From positions 1 to 64,000 of the IMG/VR virus record IMGVR_UViG_3300021387_000036: a stretch of 64,000 nucleotides of DNA, one strand, 5' to 3'. The position numbers and the translations under genes were made by a program. This document shows, piece after piece, positions 19,614-30,496 of the stretch; the first letter of the stretch is position 1; every line of letters begins with the position of its first letter. The notes beneath the pieces were generated by a model that was given only the letters and a program-made list of their open reading frames with translations, was not told where the DNA came from and did not search any database. The DNA is from a virus (lineage: Duplodnaviria; Caudoviricetes).

Positions 19614-22600
19614 ATGGCATCTCATATTGATAATTCTTTAATTATGTCACGAGAAGATGTAAAACAAAGTATTTTAAGCACTATTAGTAAGTATGCTGAA
19701 AAAGCTGTTCAACGTGCTAATTATGATAAAACTATTTTAGCAACCGTACAATATTGCACTGATTCAAGCATAGGACAGTATAAGATAAAATATCAAAATG
19801 GATATTATACCGCATATGCGCAAGATACCTCAAGGACTTATTTAAGTAAGGCAGCTGTGTATGTATTAGTACCTAGAAACGATATGAATAATAGATTATT
19901 TATCACGGGTAGTGCAACTAATGATAGCACACAAAAAGTCTATACTAGAAATTTAGAAGGAGACCAACAGTTTTCTATAGATGGGTCTAATTACATTACT
20001 AAAATTAATTCTAATATAGATATGTCTAGTTACTGGGGTGCGGGAACTAGTTACAGTGTAGTTTTATGGTCTGCGGAAAGTGATAATAATTTAATAGAAT
20101 TTAATAGTAATATTAATGAATTTTTACAAGATGCTGAGTATATACGCTTTGGGGCTAGCTTCAAGACAGCTTTAACGGAATCCCGCAAAGCAAGTGGAAA
20201 TTATGGATTAATTTTAACATTAAGTTATAAAGATAGTGATGGAAATATATACCCTAAAGCTTTTGTTTTAGATACTTTTTCAATGAATGGCTCTCCTTTT
20301 AATTTTTCTACTTATATGCCTCAATATGATTATTGGGAAGTTAATCAAGCTGAATTTTATAGAGTGGAAAGAATAGAAGAGTTTGTTGAGAATTTTCCAG
20401 CAGGGACAGAGCCAAGCGCAGATTTTAGAGATATATTTATTAAAGATATAAGTTTATATCGTGCAAATAAGTTATATGATTCTTATCAAGATAAATATAA
20501 AGTTGAACTTATTAGTGAAGATAACTGGACTTTTTCTGGCGGCAGCTCAGTTAAATCAGCAGTTACCGCAACCGCAAATTTAAAAGTCGATGGAAATATA
20601 GTACAAGATTCTTTCAATCAAAAACTTCAATACTTTTGGGCAAAAGAAGATGGAGCTGTAAATTATGTAAATCATCCTAAATATAATGCTTATTTCGGAA
20701 AAGGTTGGTATTGTTTAAATGATGGGATGAAGATTAGTTACAATAATGAATCAATTCAAGATTTAAAAGAAGGCAACTACACTATTACTCAAGAGAATAC
20801 TTCTGTTAGTGGAGAGGCTATTGAATGGAATCCTAATGTTCAAACTATTAGTATTTCACGAAATCTTTGTAAAGGTCAAAAGACTAGAATTAAATGTATT
20901 GTTGTTTATGAAAACACTCCAATTTCTTCAGATATTAAAGAGATTGTAAATGAAAGCGGATACTATGTAAGACTTGAAGAAGTTAATGATAGAACTGAAT
21001 TTTTCAATGGAATTGGTTCTTTTAGCTTAGTTGCGGGAGTTTTTCAGGACACTGGAGCAGATGCTCCTAATGTATCTAAGACTCTTGATTCAAGCATTGG
21101 TTACCATTGGACAGAAATAGATTCTTTAGGAAATGAAAAAGTAATTCCAAATAGTTGTGTTATAGATAGTTTAGTTTCTAATGAAGAGTGGGCGGATTGG
21201 GCAAAAAGAACTGATGACCATCCCGCACGTGACACTGAAGCCGTACCAGATGCGGAAGTCGAGGCTTTATTAGAAGGTAAACCAGAATTAGAACTTTGTA
21301 GACAAAGGTATGAATATTATAATAGTCAATCTCAACATTATAAAGATTCAGAAGATGCAGAAGATATTGAACTTTATAATATTTGTAATAGAAGAGCAAG
21401 AAGTATTTTACAAAAGAAATTAACTTCTTTTTATACTTCTTATACCAGTGACTACTCTAATAATAGCGGGTATTATATTTTTGGACCTAGTTCAATAGTA
21501 GGAGGATACGCGGACGCCGCAATTCAAAACTACAGAAGTGCTACTATTGAATCTTCTCAACCAATTTTCTATGGTGAAACCGGATATGTGTCAATTTATA
21601 ATACTTTATATAATATACCTGCAAGTAAGATTGTAAATAATATTACTTATAGAGTTACCGCATATTTAACTGAAACAATAGATAATGTTACAACAACTCA
21701 AGAAATTGGTACTCAATCTATTGTATTAATAAATAATCCTGGTAATCTCACTGATTATGATTTAAAAATTGTTAATGGTAAACAAACATTTATGTATAGT
21801 AATGGCGGGATTGCACCTACTACCGCCGCAGGGTCAGAACATCCTATTATTATAAGACCTCTTTCTTTTAAATTATTTAATAAAGAAGGATATTTAATTT
21901 ATGATAGTGAAGACCCTGATAATGAAGAGTTCAGAACCAATATTACAGAGCTTCATCCAGTATGGAGATTTTATGACACTGCTACTTCTTTATTAAAGAC
22001 TGATTATAAAGGAACAGATAATACATCAGTTATTATTCAAGATGGCATAGCTATGATTGAAGTTGAAAATGAAGGTCATTTTATCTATACTATTGCAGAT
22101 GAATATGATGTAAATAAAAAGGAAGCTAGTAATATTGAATTAGAAGTACAATATGCGGGGATGACCATTACCGCTTCAACAGATTTTACTTTTATAAAAC
22201 AAGGTGATTTAGGTACGAATGGAACTAATAGAATCCTTGAAATAGAAGACCCTATATATAATCAATATAAATCTTTAGTTTTAACAGACGATGCTTATTC
22301 AGTAATGACAAAAGTTGATACTAATAGTAAAAATTATTATTATCCAAGTCAAAGACATTTGAATAATACTTATTTATATGCAACAATGTGTTATGATGAA
22401 AATAAGCAGCCGCTAGAGTTTGTTAGCACATCAAGATATGTTAATTTGAAATTTGCTCAATCAAGAGTATCAACTGAAGATACTACTCAAATAGAAAATG
22501 GAAATGGATTAGGTGGAACATCTTCTGCAACCTTTATGGGATATTGGAATGAAAATGGTTCTTATACTCCTATTAGCAATACTTCTCAATGGGATACAGA

Positions 22601-25412
22601 GGTAAATAGTGGATATTATAAAGGAACTTACTATTATTCAGTTCCTTCTTTTGAATTACAAGGAGATAAAGTAGGAAATCAAGTTATTGCTAATATTTCT
22701 TATTTAGATAGTGATTTAGGTATAACTTATAAACCTACTGAAATTAATGATTATCCACATGAAGGTGGAGAATATACAAGAATTGCCAATAACCTAATCA
22801 AAGTTAAAGCGAATACATCATCAGCTATTGCTACTGAAGATACAGATATTAGAACTAATTGGGGTTATTATCCAATTCCTTATTATTATTTTAACTGGAC
22901 TGGCGCGGAGCAGATGCCAGATTATGTAGATCCTGCACGACACATTGTTATAGTTGGTGGTTTTGACCAAGTTGTTTATGATAGCGCTGGCGCGAATCCG
23001 CAATATAATAAACAAGAACCGTTTAAAGTTTACTTATTTGATGAAAATGGTTTAGACATGACATCAGAGTTTTTAAATGGTATATTAACAGGTCGAAGTT
23101 TTATTAGGTGGACTTGTTCTTTTGGTTTTACAGGAACTACTTCTTTACCAGTTCTTGAAAATATAAAGAGTTTTCCTAATGGTTTTAATACTAATGAACA
23201 GTTATATGGACAATATTGTAGATATAATAATAAAATATATAAATGTATTCATAGCCATACAAGAGGTCAGATAGTTGAAATTAAATATGGAAAAAATCAA
23301 AAAAAGACCTATGCTCCAAATAGTTTTATTCCTTCATATTGGGAAGAACAATCTGAAGCAGTTTTAAATGCTCAAGAGTATAAAGTAACTCCTGCAACTA
23401 CTTATGATTCTATTGCTAAAACAGCTTTATTTAATAGCTGGGTTAGCGTTAATATACATTTTAGAAGAGCAAATGGAAGAGTTTATGATGGTGAAGTTTT
23501 ACTTCCTATTAATGTTATTTGTAACAAATATGGTTCAGATTTAATTAATGGATGGGATGGAAAAAAGACTGAAGCTGGGGACTCTTATATTATATCTTCT
23601 CAAGTTGCGGCAGGTGTAAAAAATGATAATAATACTTTTACAGGTGTTACTATTGGTGAAACTTTCTATCCTGACAGTGCTGAAAGACATAACGAAATAG
23701 GGTTGTTTGGTTATGGTCACACTGATGGTGATGCAACAAATCCGAACTCATGGGCACGAACCGTCTTTATGGATGCAAATACTGGACGTACTATTCTTGG
23801 ACCAAGCGGTGCTTCACAAATTATTCTGAATCCCGCTATTGGTAGTTGGTCTAAGTTATCTGGATGGTATTTCAGTACAAAATTTTTATATAAACCTATT
23901 GGAGAGAACTCTGGTGAAACATACAAGGATTTCACTTCATATTCTCAAGGTGCGGCAATCGCACCTCCCGCAAATCCGGTTGGCTCCATTGGTATGTATT
24001 CTCCTTGGGATACAACCGCAACTAAAGACGATGTATTCTTATGGGCATCTTCTTCAGAAGTAGATTTAGATGATGAGTTAGATAGTCAAGGTAATCCTGT
24101 TAAAGGAAAAGCTACTGATTATACTAATTTTAATAGTAACAGTTCAAAACCTAATAATTTTTATGTAACTTATGGTGGTCATTTACATGCAGCTTCCGCA
24201 GATATAGCTGGTAAAATAGTTGCTAAAAGTGGTAAGATTGGTGTAAATACTGATAATAATTACATTGAGATTGGTGTTGAAAAAAATAATAAAAAATATT
24301 TATTATATAATAAAAATTTTTGGGTTGGACAGGTAGACCAGAATGATGATAGTGACAATGCTTTTGGAGCTATGTTAAAAGGTCGTATTATGGCTAACTC
24401 TGGAATGTTTGGTAATATAAGTCAAAATAGTCAAGGTCAATATCCAGATGGTAACTCAAGTGGAACTTTATTTATTGAGTATAAATGGTATCCTTGGGTG
24501 CTTCCCGCAAATAATGAACCTTGGGATGCAAACCATTTTTATTTAAATACCGCTGCTGGTAGAACTCAACAATATGCTTTATATAATAAAAACTTTTATA
24601 TAGATAATGCAGGGAATGTTTTCTTTAATGGAAAAATGTTTACCGAGTCAGGTCGTATAGGAAACTGGGTTATAAGTCGAGATTACCTATCTTCAGTAGA
24701 TGGTAATGTTTTACTATCTCCATCATATTTAAAATTAGGTAGCTTTTTGGCTCAATCATCTGGTGCTTTGTCTGGCACTTCTTGGAGTATATCAGCTGAT
24801 GGATATGCCAGCTTTACAAATCCACAAAATCAGTTTACAGGTTCTAAATTTGTTATTGCTGGTGGTGCAGGTGGTGGAACTATAATGACTTTAGATGATG
24901 ATGGCATTTGGCTTAAAGCTGGCGAACGAATTAAGTTAGGCGGCGATGAATCGACTGGAGCAACTGGTTATATGGCTGCTGGAAATGATGGTCTTTTAAT
25001 CAATACGGGAGATTTATCAATTTCTGACGATGTTTTAGTAGGCGGAAAATTATATTTTCATAATTCAACTGGTGGATATGCTACTATGTGGTTGAATAAA
25101 GAAGGAATTTATATTAATGGTAGAGATGGCGAATATAGAGTATATACAAATGGTAATGCTATATTAAATAGAATTGATGCTAATTCTATTTATATTGATG
25201 GGACTTCTATTACTGAATATATAAGACAAAAAGTAAAAGAATTATTTGACAATAGCTTACCAACAACATTTGTTACAAGTATTTCTGGCTCAACAGATAG
25301 TTTTATGCGACATACAACTAGTTCACATGACTACTGGGGATCTGGTTTAACTTATATACAGGGCAATACAGAAAATAGAAAAACACCACAATATAATCCA
25401 GAGAATGAATAG
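19614..25412 (+). CDS. Large tail-tip / central fibre (receptor-binding) protein
   Basis: 1932 aa after the tape measure; beta-rich; CBM5/12-like segment (YCRYNNKIYKCIHSHT...PSYWE); Gly-rich C-terminal repeats (SGKIG, SGMFG, SGRIGNW). Confidence 0.7.
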   Translation: MASHIDNSLIMSREDVKQSILSTISKYAEKAVQRANYDKTILATVQYCTDSSIGQYKIKYQNGYYTAYAQDTSRTYLSKAAVYVLVPRNDMNNRLFITGSATNDSTQKVYTRNLEGDQQFSIDGSNYITKINSNIDMSSYWGAGTSYSVVLWSAESDNNLIEFNSNINEFLQDAEYIRFGASFKTALTESRKASGNYGLILTLSYKDSDGNIYPKAFVLDTFSMNGSPFNFSTYMPQYDYWEVNQAEFYRVERIEEFVENFPAGTEPSADFRDIFIKDISLYRANKLYDSYQDKYKVELISEDNWTFSGGSSVKSAVTATANLKVDGNIVQDSFNQKLQYFWAKEDGAVNYVNHPKYNAYFGKGWYCLNDGMKISYNNESIQDLKEGNYTITQENTSVSGEAIEWNPNVQTISISRNLCKGQKTRIKCIVVYENTPISSDIKEIVNESGYYVRLEEVNDRTEFFNGIGSFSLVAGVFQDTGADAPNVSKTLDSSIGYHWTEIDSLGNEKVIPNSCVIDSLVSNEEWADWAKRTDDHPARDTEAVPDAEVEALLEGKPELELCRQRYEYYNSQSQHYKDSEDAEDIELYNICNRRARSILQKKLTSFYTSYTSDYSNNSGYYIFGPSSIVGGYADAAIQNYRSATIESSQPIFYGETGYVSIYNTLYNIPASKIVNNITYRVTAYLTETIDNVTTTQEIGTQSIVLINNPGNLTDYDLKIVNGKQTFMYSNGGIAPTTAAGSEHPIIIRPLSFKLFNKEGYLIYDSEDPDNEEFRTNITELHPVWRFYDTATSLLKTDYKGTDNTSVIIQDGIAMIEVENEGHFIYTIADEYDVNKKEASNIELEVQYAGMTITASTDFTFIKQGDLGTNGTNRILEIEDPIYNQYKSLVLTDDAYSVMTKVDTNSKNYYYPSQRHLNNTYLYATMCYDENKQPLEFVSTSRYVNLKFAQSRVSTEDTTQIENGNGLGGTSSATFMGYWNENGSYTPISNTSQWDTEVNSGYYKGTYYYSVPSFELQGDKVGNQVIANISYLDSDLGITYKPTEINDYPHEGGEYTRIANNLIKVKANTSSAIATEDTDIRTNWGYYPIPYYYFNWTGAEQMPDYVDPARHIVIVGGFDQVVYDSAGANPQYNKQEPFKVYLFDENGLDMTSEFLNGILTGRSFIRWTCSFGFTGTTSLPVLENIKSFPNGFNTNEQLYGQYCRYNNKIYKCIHSHTRGQIVEIKYGKNQKKTYAPNSFIPSYWEEQSEAVLNAQEYKVTPATTYDSIAKTALFNSWVSVNIHFRRANGRVYDGEVLLPINVICNKYGSDLINGWDGKKTEAGDSYIISSQVAAGVKNDNNTFTGVTIGETFYPDSAERHNEIGLFGYGHTDGDATNPNSWARTVFMDANTGRTILGPSGASQIILNPAIGSWSKLSGWYFSTKFLYKPIGENSGETYKDFTSYSQGAAIAPPANPVGSIGMYSPWDTTATKDDVFLWASSSEVDLDDELDSQGNPVKGKATDYTNFNSNSSKPNNFYVTYGGHLHAASADIAGKIVAKSGKIGVNTDNNYIEIGVEKNNKKYLLYNKNFWVGQVDQNDDSDNAFGAMLKGRIMANSGMFGNISQNSQGQYPDGNSSGTLFIEYKWYPWVLPANNEPWDANHFYLNTAAGRTQQYALYNKNFYIDNAGNVFFNGKMFTESGRIGNWVISRDYLSSVDGNVLLSPSYLKLGSFLAQSSGALSGTSWSISADGYASFTNPQNQFTGSKFVIAGGAGGGTIMTLDDDGIWLKAGERIKLGGDESTGATGYMAAGNDGLLINTGDLSISDDVLVGGKLYFHNSTGGYATMWLNKEGIYINGRDGEYRVYTNGNAILNRIDANSIYIDGTSITEYIRQKVKELFDNSLPTTFVTSISGSTDSFMRHTTSSHDYWGSGLTYIQGNTENRKTPQYNPENE

Positions 25413-25423
25413 GAGGTATTAAG

Positions 25424-25672
25424 ATGAGTGAATTTTCATTAAGACCAAACCCTTTTAATGGTTGTCATTTTGAAAAAAGTGATTTTTCAAGAACTACTAA
25501 ACCAGTTTTTTGTGTGGTTACCTATACAGTTGCAACTAGACATTCAGATGGAAGAATTACAACAGAAACGAAAACTCTTCGTCCCTCTGGTAGCTACTTA
25601 CGCAATTTTGGAGATGGAGACGTATATGGAGTTAATGATCCAGATGCTCCATGGAATTATCCAAGTTACTAA
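25424..25672 (+). CDS. Small hypothetical protein
   Basis: RBS AGGAGGT; 82 aa. Confidence 0.6.
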   Translation: MSEFSLRPNPFNGCHFEKSDFSRTTKPVFCVVTYTVATRHSDGRITTETKTLRPSGSYLRNFGDGDVYGVNDPDAPWNYPSY

Positions 25673-25707
25673 AATAAAAATTTAAGAGATAAAAGGAGAT
25701 TAAAATT

Positions 25708-25941
25708 ATGCAAAATGACTTTTCAATTATGACAGAACAATTTAGACAACAGTTAATTAATACTATCAATGGCGCACAGCTGCCGCCATCGGTAGTTTAT
25801 TATGTATTAACTAATGTATATCAAGATACAGAAAGATATTACAGACAATATTTACAAAAAGCTCAGCAAGAAGCTGAAAAGCAAGAAGAGTTACAAAACC
25901 AAGAAGTCTCTAATATAGTACAAATGGACGAAGATAATTAA
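25708..25941 (+). CDS. Small helical protein (possible fibre chaperone)
   Basis: RBS AAGGAG; Q/E-rich helix; follows the tail-tip genes. Confidence 0.55.
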   Translation: MQNDFSIMTEQFRQQLINTINGAQLPPSVVYYVLTNVYQDTERYYRQYLQKAQQEAEKQEELQNQEVSNIVQMDEDN

Positions 25942-25942
25942 T
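25926..25942 (+). promoter_or_regulatory. Class-II motif upstream of the holin-like gene
   Basis: GGACGAAGATAATTAAT. Confidence 0.35.
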
Positions 25943-26007
25943 TTATCTACAACTTTTTTTAACTATAAAGAGGGTAATGTGTAACTCAAGTAGGGAGGAT
26001 TTAAGTT

Positions 26008-26460
26008 ATGCTAGATTTATTATCTACTTTTTCCGTTACAGAATTACTTATCTTTATAGTTATGTTAGCTATTGCTTTTAAAGAAGTTACAAGTTTCATT
26101 CTTTGGATTAAAGGTTTAATTGCAAAAAGAGATGAAAATAAAACCTCTTTAAATGATAAAGAGAAAAGCGATACTAAAAGATTAAATAATGTTGAAAGTA
26201 ATGTTCAAAAAATTATTAACTCTGTAAACGAATTAAGTGAAAAGGTTGATTTACTAATATCTTCTGATAAAGATGATATAAAATCAGATATTACTAGAGA
26301 TCATCACTTTTTCTGTTACAATCAAGGATGGATAGATGATTATAGTCTTGATTGTTTAGAAAAAAGATATGAACATTATGTTGATGAACATGGTAATAGC
26401 TTTATAGAACAGTTAATGGAAGAAGTTAGAAAACTACCTAAAACCCCACCAGAAGCATAA
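26008..26460 (+). CDS. Holin-like membrane protein
   Basis: N-terminal hydrophobic helix, coiled coil, C-terminal YEHYVDEHGNSFI segment; RBS GGGAGG. Confidence 0.55.
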   Translation: MLDLLSTFSVTELLIFIVMLAIAFKEVTSFILWIKGLIAKRDENKTSLNDKEKSDTKRLNNVESNVQKIINSVNELSEKVDLLISSDKDDIKSDITRDHHFFCYNQGWIDDYSLDCLEKRYEHYVDEHGNSFIEQLMEEVRKLPKTPPEA

Positions 26461-26495
26461 AGGGAGTTACGATAAGTAACTCCCCTTTATTTTTT
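26458..26495 (+). terminator. Intrinsic terminator
   Basis: GGGAGTTAC-GATAA-GTAACTCCC plus T-rich tail. Confidence 0.75.
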
Positions 26496-26526
26496 ATAGT
26501 TAAGAGAGATATAAGGAGGTTATAAT

Positions 26527-28209
26527 ATGGCTACGATTGCGGAAGGAGGATTATTCCCTCCTATAATTCAATCTTATTTACCAGCATTTTCAATAATGGA
26601 TTTACTTCAAGATAGTTTCAATATTAATTTTAATTTATCTGAATATAATAGTCCAAGTGATATAAAATCGGTTCATGTATCTATTACAAGGCAAAGTAAT
26701 TATCATTCAGTATTTGACTCTACTAATTATATTAGAGGAGTATATGTTACTAACTTTGATGCAGTAACAGGTAATAATGTTGTTAATATACCTGAATCGG
26801 TTATTAATAAGAATGAAATTAATTATAATGAATATTATAAAGTACAGATTAGACTATCTAAAATTACTTATGATGGCTCATTAAAAGCTGAATTATCTGA
26901 ATATTTAACTGCGGAAGCCAATCTTATTAATTTTTCAGAATGGTCTACGGTATGTTTAATAAAATTTATAGCACCGCCGCAAATAAATATAGATGGAAAT
27001 GGTAGTGTTTTAAGCACCTTAACAGATAATGTTATCAATTCTAGTAATTTAGTTATTTCTGGAAAATATGATAAACAAGAGATAAATGATAATTCAATTC
27101 CATCTCATTTAAAGAATGGAAGTAATGATTTAGAATATTTATCTAGTTATAATATAAAATTACTAAATAATACTAATAATGAACAGTTGTTCGACAGCGG
27201 AAACATTAATGTTGACACAACTAATTCTAATAGTTTTATTTATAATTTACCTTATTATTTTGAAAATAATAGTAACATAAAAATGGTTTTTACATATGTT
27301 ACTAATGATTTATATACTGGAACAATTAATTATAATATTAGACCTAGTTATTCACAGAGTAGTTGGAATACTCAAAATATTATTAGTGAATCAATAGGTA
27401 TTGATACAGTTATTGGTAAAGTAAGCATCAGTTTTGAACAAAAAGATGAAGAAACTCCTATTCCTGCGGGAAGCTCACTTAAGATACGAAGAGGCTCGGA
27501 TAAAGATGATTTTGCTATCTGGGACACGGTTTGGACTAGAACATTTACTTCAGAGGTGACTGCCCCATTTTCATTTGATGACTTTACTATTGAAAGTGGA
27601 GTTATTTATAAATATGAAATTACATTTACTAATAATAATATTAACTATTTTATTGTAGAAGGTCCAGTGTTATCAATATTTGATAATGCTTTTCTAACAG
27701 GAGAAGGAACTCAATTATGTGTTCGTTTTAATCCAAATATTAGTTCTTTTAAACGAAATGTATCAGATAATCTTGTTAATACTATCGGTAGCCAATATCC
27801 ATACATTACAAGAAATGGAGATATGGATTATCGAAGCTTCACTTTAAGTGGTACTATTGCTTATGAGATGGATATTGAACATCAATTTACAACTAGAAGT
27901 TCAATGTATGGAGATTGGATTAATGTGTATGGTTCATATTTTGTAAACCATTTTTATAATCAAAGAAATGATTTACTTACGCAACGTAAATTTAGAGCAT
28001 TAGTGCTTGATTATTTATATAGTGATATACCTAAATTATTTAGGTCTACTCCTGAAGGTAATATTTTAGTTAGGATTACAGACGTTTCATTAACACCAAA
28101 TCAACAAGTAAATAGATTAATTTATGATTTTACTTGTACTGCGATAGAAATAGGTGAAGCGAGTATAGAAAATTGTAAATTATATCAAATTCAAGATTTT
28201 GGAGATTAA
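26527..28209 (+). CDS. Minor tail / distal-tail-like protein
   Basis: Ig/FN3-like beta-rich N-part; C-terminal TIGSQYPYITRNG...YRSFTLSG...PKLFRS resembles distal tail proteins. Confidence 0.5.
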   Translation: MATIAEGGLFPPIIQSYLPAFSIMDLLQDSFNINFNLSEYNSPSDIKSVHVSITRQSNYHSVFDSTNYIRGVYVTNFDAVTGNNVVNIPESVINKNEINYNEYYKVQIRLSKITYDGSLKAELSEYLTAEANLINFSEWSTVCLIKFIAPPQINIDGNGSVLSTLTDNVINSSNLVISGKYDKQEINDNSIPSHLKNGSNDLEYLSSYNIKLLNNTNNEQLFDSGNINVDTTNSNSFIYNLPYYFENNSNIKMVFTYVTNDLYTGTINYNIRPSYSQSSWNTQNIISESIGIDTVIGKVSISFEQKDEETPIPAGSSLKIRRGSDKDDFAIWDTVWTRTFTSEVTAPFSFDDFTIESGVIYKYEITFTNNNINYFIVEGPVLSIFDNAFLTGEGTQLCVRFNPNISSFKRNVSDNLVNTIGSQYPYITRNGDMDYRSFTLSGTIAYEMDIEHQFTTRSSMYGDWINVYGSYFVNHFYNQRNDLLTQRKFRALVLDYLYSDIPKLFRSTPEGNILVRITDVSLTPNQQVNRLIYDFTCTAIEIGEASIENCKLYQIQDFGD

Positions 28210-28221
28210 GGAGGTTTAGAC

Positions 28222-30465
28222 ATGATTAAGAAATATCCTTATTTATCAGATGTAAACTTTCTTAATAAAATATATGGACAACACAATAGAACTAATTATG
28301 TGCTTATTACCTCTTTAGATTGGAATGAAAGACCTATCAAAGAGGTTCAAGGGAAAATAACTGCAGGCACCATTAATATTAACGGGGATTCTTCAGTTAG
28401 AAGAACTGCAAATTTATCTATTAAAGTATTAGATGATGATAGCAATTATTTAGATTTAAATAATCTTTTTGCAATAAACAAAAAAATATTCATAGAAACA
28501 GGGTTTAATAATGGATTTACTCATTTAGGAGACTCTTATTATTCTTCTTATCCTATTATATGGTTTCCTTTTGGAACTTTTATTATTCAAACATACAGTA
28601 TTACACATGATTCAAGTGGAATTATGATTAATCTTACTCTTGGAGATAAAATGTGTTTACTAAATGGAACTGCGGGAGGCACCATTCCCGCATCTACAAA
28701 CTTTGAATCTTATGATACATTGGGGCCAGATGGTGATTTACATACTGAATTTATTCGTATTAACCAATTAATTCCAGAATTAGTAAATCATTTTGGAAAA
28801 GAAGATTTAAACAAGATTATTGTTAATGATATAGATGATAAAATTAAAAAAGTTATGAGATGGACAGGTGTAAACCCTCTTTTCTTATGGCTTAATAATT
28901 CAGATAAAAGAAATGTATTTTATACAACTATTAATGGTTCTCCTGAAAACTTAGGACTCTCATCTTCTGATTGGACTAGACGACAAATCTTATTTAATTA
29001 TGATGCAGGATATACATATGTAGATTTCGTTTATCCAGGAGAATTAACTGGTGCTGCGGGAGATAGTGTTTGTACTATTTTAGATAAAATCAAAAATACA
29101 TTAGGTAATTATGAATATTATTATGATGTTTTTGGTAATTTTATCTTTCAAGAGATTAAAAATTATGTTAATGTATCAGAATGGAGAACATATTATCAAG
29201 ATGCATTAAAAGATAATGACGGTCATTTAGATTATAGATATGAACCTAGGTTAGATACAGCAGTCTATAATTTTAATGATTCAAAATTTGTTATTAGTTA
29301 TAATAATTCACCAAAGTTTGAAATGATTAAAAATGATTTCATTGTATGGGGAGTTAGAAAAGGAACTGATAATACCTCTTATCCTTGCTGCTATCATTTA
29401 GCTATTGATAAGAGACCTGTATTAACAGAAGATTATTCAAATCCTATACCAATTTGTTTTGACACCAGTGTAGATGATAGAATTAAAAGATGTTATGATA
29501 TAAAAGGTATTTATACAGATTTAGCAACTTTAAAAGAAAAACATCCACAAGGTATTGTTGGTGAATATTATTATATCAATAACGCAACAGAAGGCGGAGT
29601 TTATACTTGGATTTCTGATATTGCTAGATATAATACTTTATTGAATAATTTAAAAAGTGCGGGAACGCCTGTCTCAAGTAGCGACAACTCTTATATTTCC
29701 GCAGAAGTTAATGCTGGATATGTAAAGATGGAGTTAGCTACATATTATCCAGCTGGCGCTTTTACTATCCCTGGACCAGACGAAAATGATAATCCACAAA
29801 CTAATTGGAGAAATATTTTATATTTTCAAGGAGTGTTCCAAGCTGCGCAAGGATTAGATACAAATTATTATTGGGCTGAGTTATATAATGAATGGCCTAA
29901 GATATATGATATAGAAAATAATGATTGGTATGAAGGAGTTTTAGATTCTCCATCTTCTTTAGACTGGTGGTTAGATTTAATAGACAACGATGCAGAATTA
30001 AATAAATTCAGTGTTGATGCTATTGGACGTAGAAGCTATGCAAAAACAGATTCTCAATGTAATTGTGTATTTGAGCCTGATATACCAGATATTATTATGG
30101 TTAATGTTGGAAATCGAGAAGATTTAATAGATAGTAGAAGTGCTATGACACAGCAGCAATTAACTGAATTGGGATTAATTCCAACTCAAGTTTCTGAAGC
30201 TGTTTATGAATCGGTTATTGAAGGTGGAATATTTAATTCTTGTTATCAACATATTAGACAAATTCTTACAGATTATACAAGTTATAATGAAAGTATTTCA
30301 TTAACTTGTCTACCAATATATCATTTAGAACCTAATACAAGAGTATTTTTTAATGATCCTGAAATAGGAATTTATGGGGATTATATTATTAATACAATTT
30401 CTTATACTCTTGGAAATACTGGAACAATGACAATAAATGCAAAGAAATGTATAGAAAAAATTTAA
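28222..30465 (+). CDS. Baseplate hub / Tal-like tail protein
   Basis: GDSSVRRTANL, DKMCLLNG, YEYYYDVFGNFIFQE, PIYHLEPNTRV motifs resemble hub proteins; last gene of the + arm. Confidence 0.55.
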   Translation: MIKKYPYLSDVNFLNKIYGQHNRTNYVLITSLDWNERPIKEVQGKITAGTININGDSSVRRTANLSIKVLDDDSNYLDLNNLFAINKKIFIETGFNNGFTHLGDSYYSSYPIIWFPFGTFIIQTYSITHDSSGIMINLTLGDKMCLLNGTAGGTIPASTNFESYDTLGPDGDLHTEFIRINQLIPELVNHFGKEDLNKIIVNDIDDKIKKVMRWTGVNPLFLWLNNSDKRNVFYTTINGSPENLGLSSSDWTRRQILFNYDAGYTYVDFVYPGELTGAAGDSVCTILDKIKNTLGNYEYYYDVFGNFIFQEIKNYVNVSEWRTYYQDALKDNDGHLDYRYEPRLDTAVYNFNDSKFVISYNNSPKFEMIKNDFIVWGVRKGTDNTSYPCCYHLAIDKRPVLTEDYSNPIPICFDTSVDDRIKRCYDIKGIYTDLATLKEKHPQGIVGEYYYINNATEGGVYTWISDIARYNTLLNNLKSAGTPVSSSDNSYISAEVNAGYVKMELATYYPAGAFTIPGPDENDNPQTNWRNILYFQGVFQAAQGLDTNYYWAELYNEWPKIYDIENNDWYEGVLDSPSSLDWWLDLIDNDAELNKFSVDAIGRRSYAKTDSQCNCVFEPDIPDIIMVNVGNREDLIDSRSAMTQQQLTELGLIPTQVSEAVYESVIEGGIFNSCYQHIRQILTDYTSYNESISLTCLPIYHLEPNTRVFFNDPEIGIYGDYIINTISYTLGNTGTMTINAKKCIEKI

Positions 30466-30496
30466 GGGGATGCTTAATAGCATCCCCATTTTTTTT
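30466..30496. terminator. Terminator at the convergence of the two arms
   Basis: GGGGATGC-TTAATA-GCATCCCC plus T-run between convergent stop codons. Confidence 0.8.

Noticed and set aside
19614-25672. Diversity-generating retroelement target or invertible tail-fibre cassette
   Set aside because: No reverse transcriptase or invertase is present, and no template/variable repeat pair was seen by eye; a self-alignment would be needed to exclude it fully.
25458-25685. Alternative-frame 75-aa ORF
   Set aside because: It overlaps 25424-25672, which has the strong RBS; this one has none.
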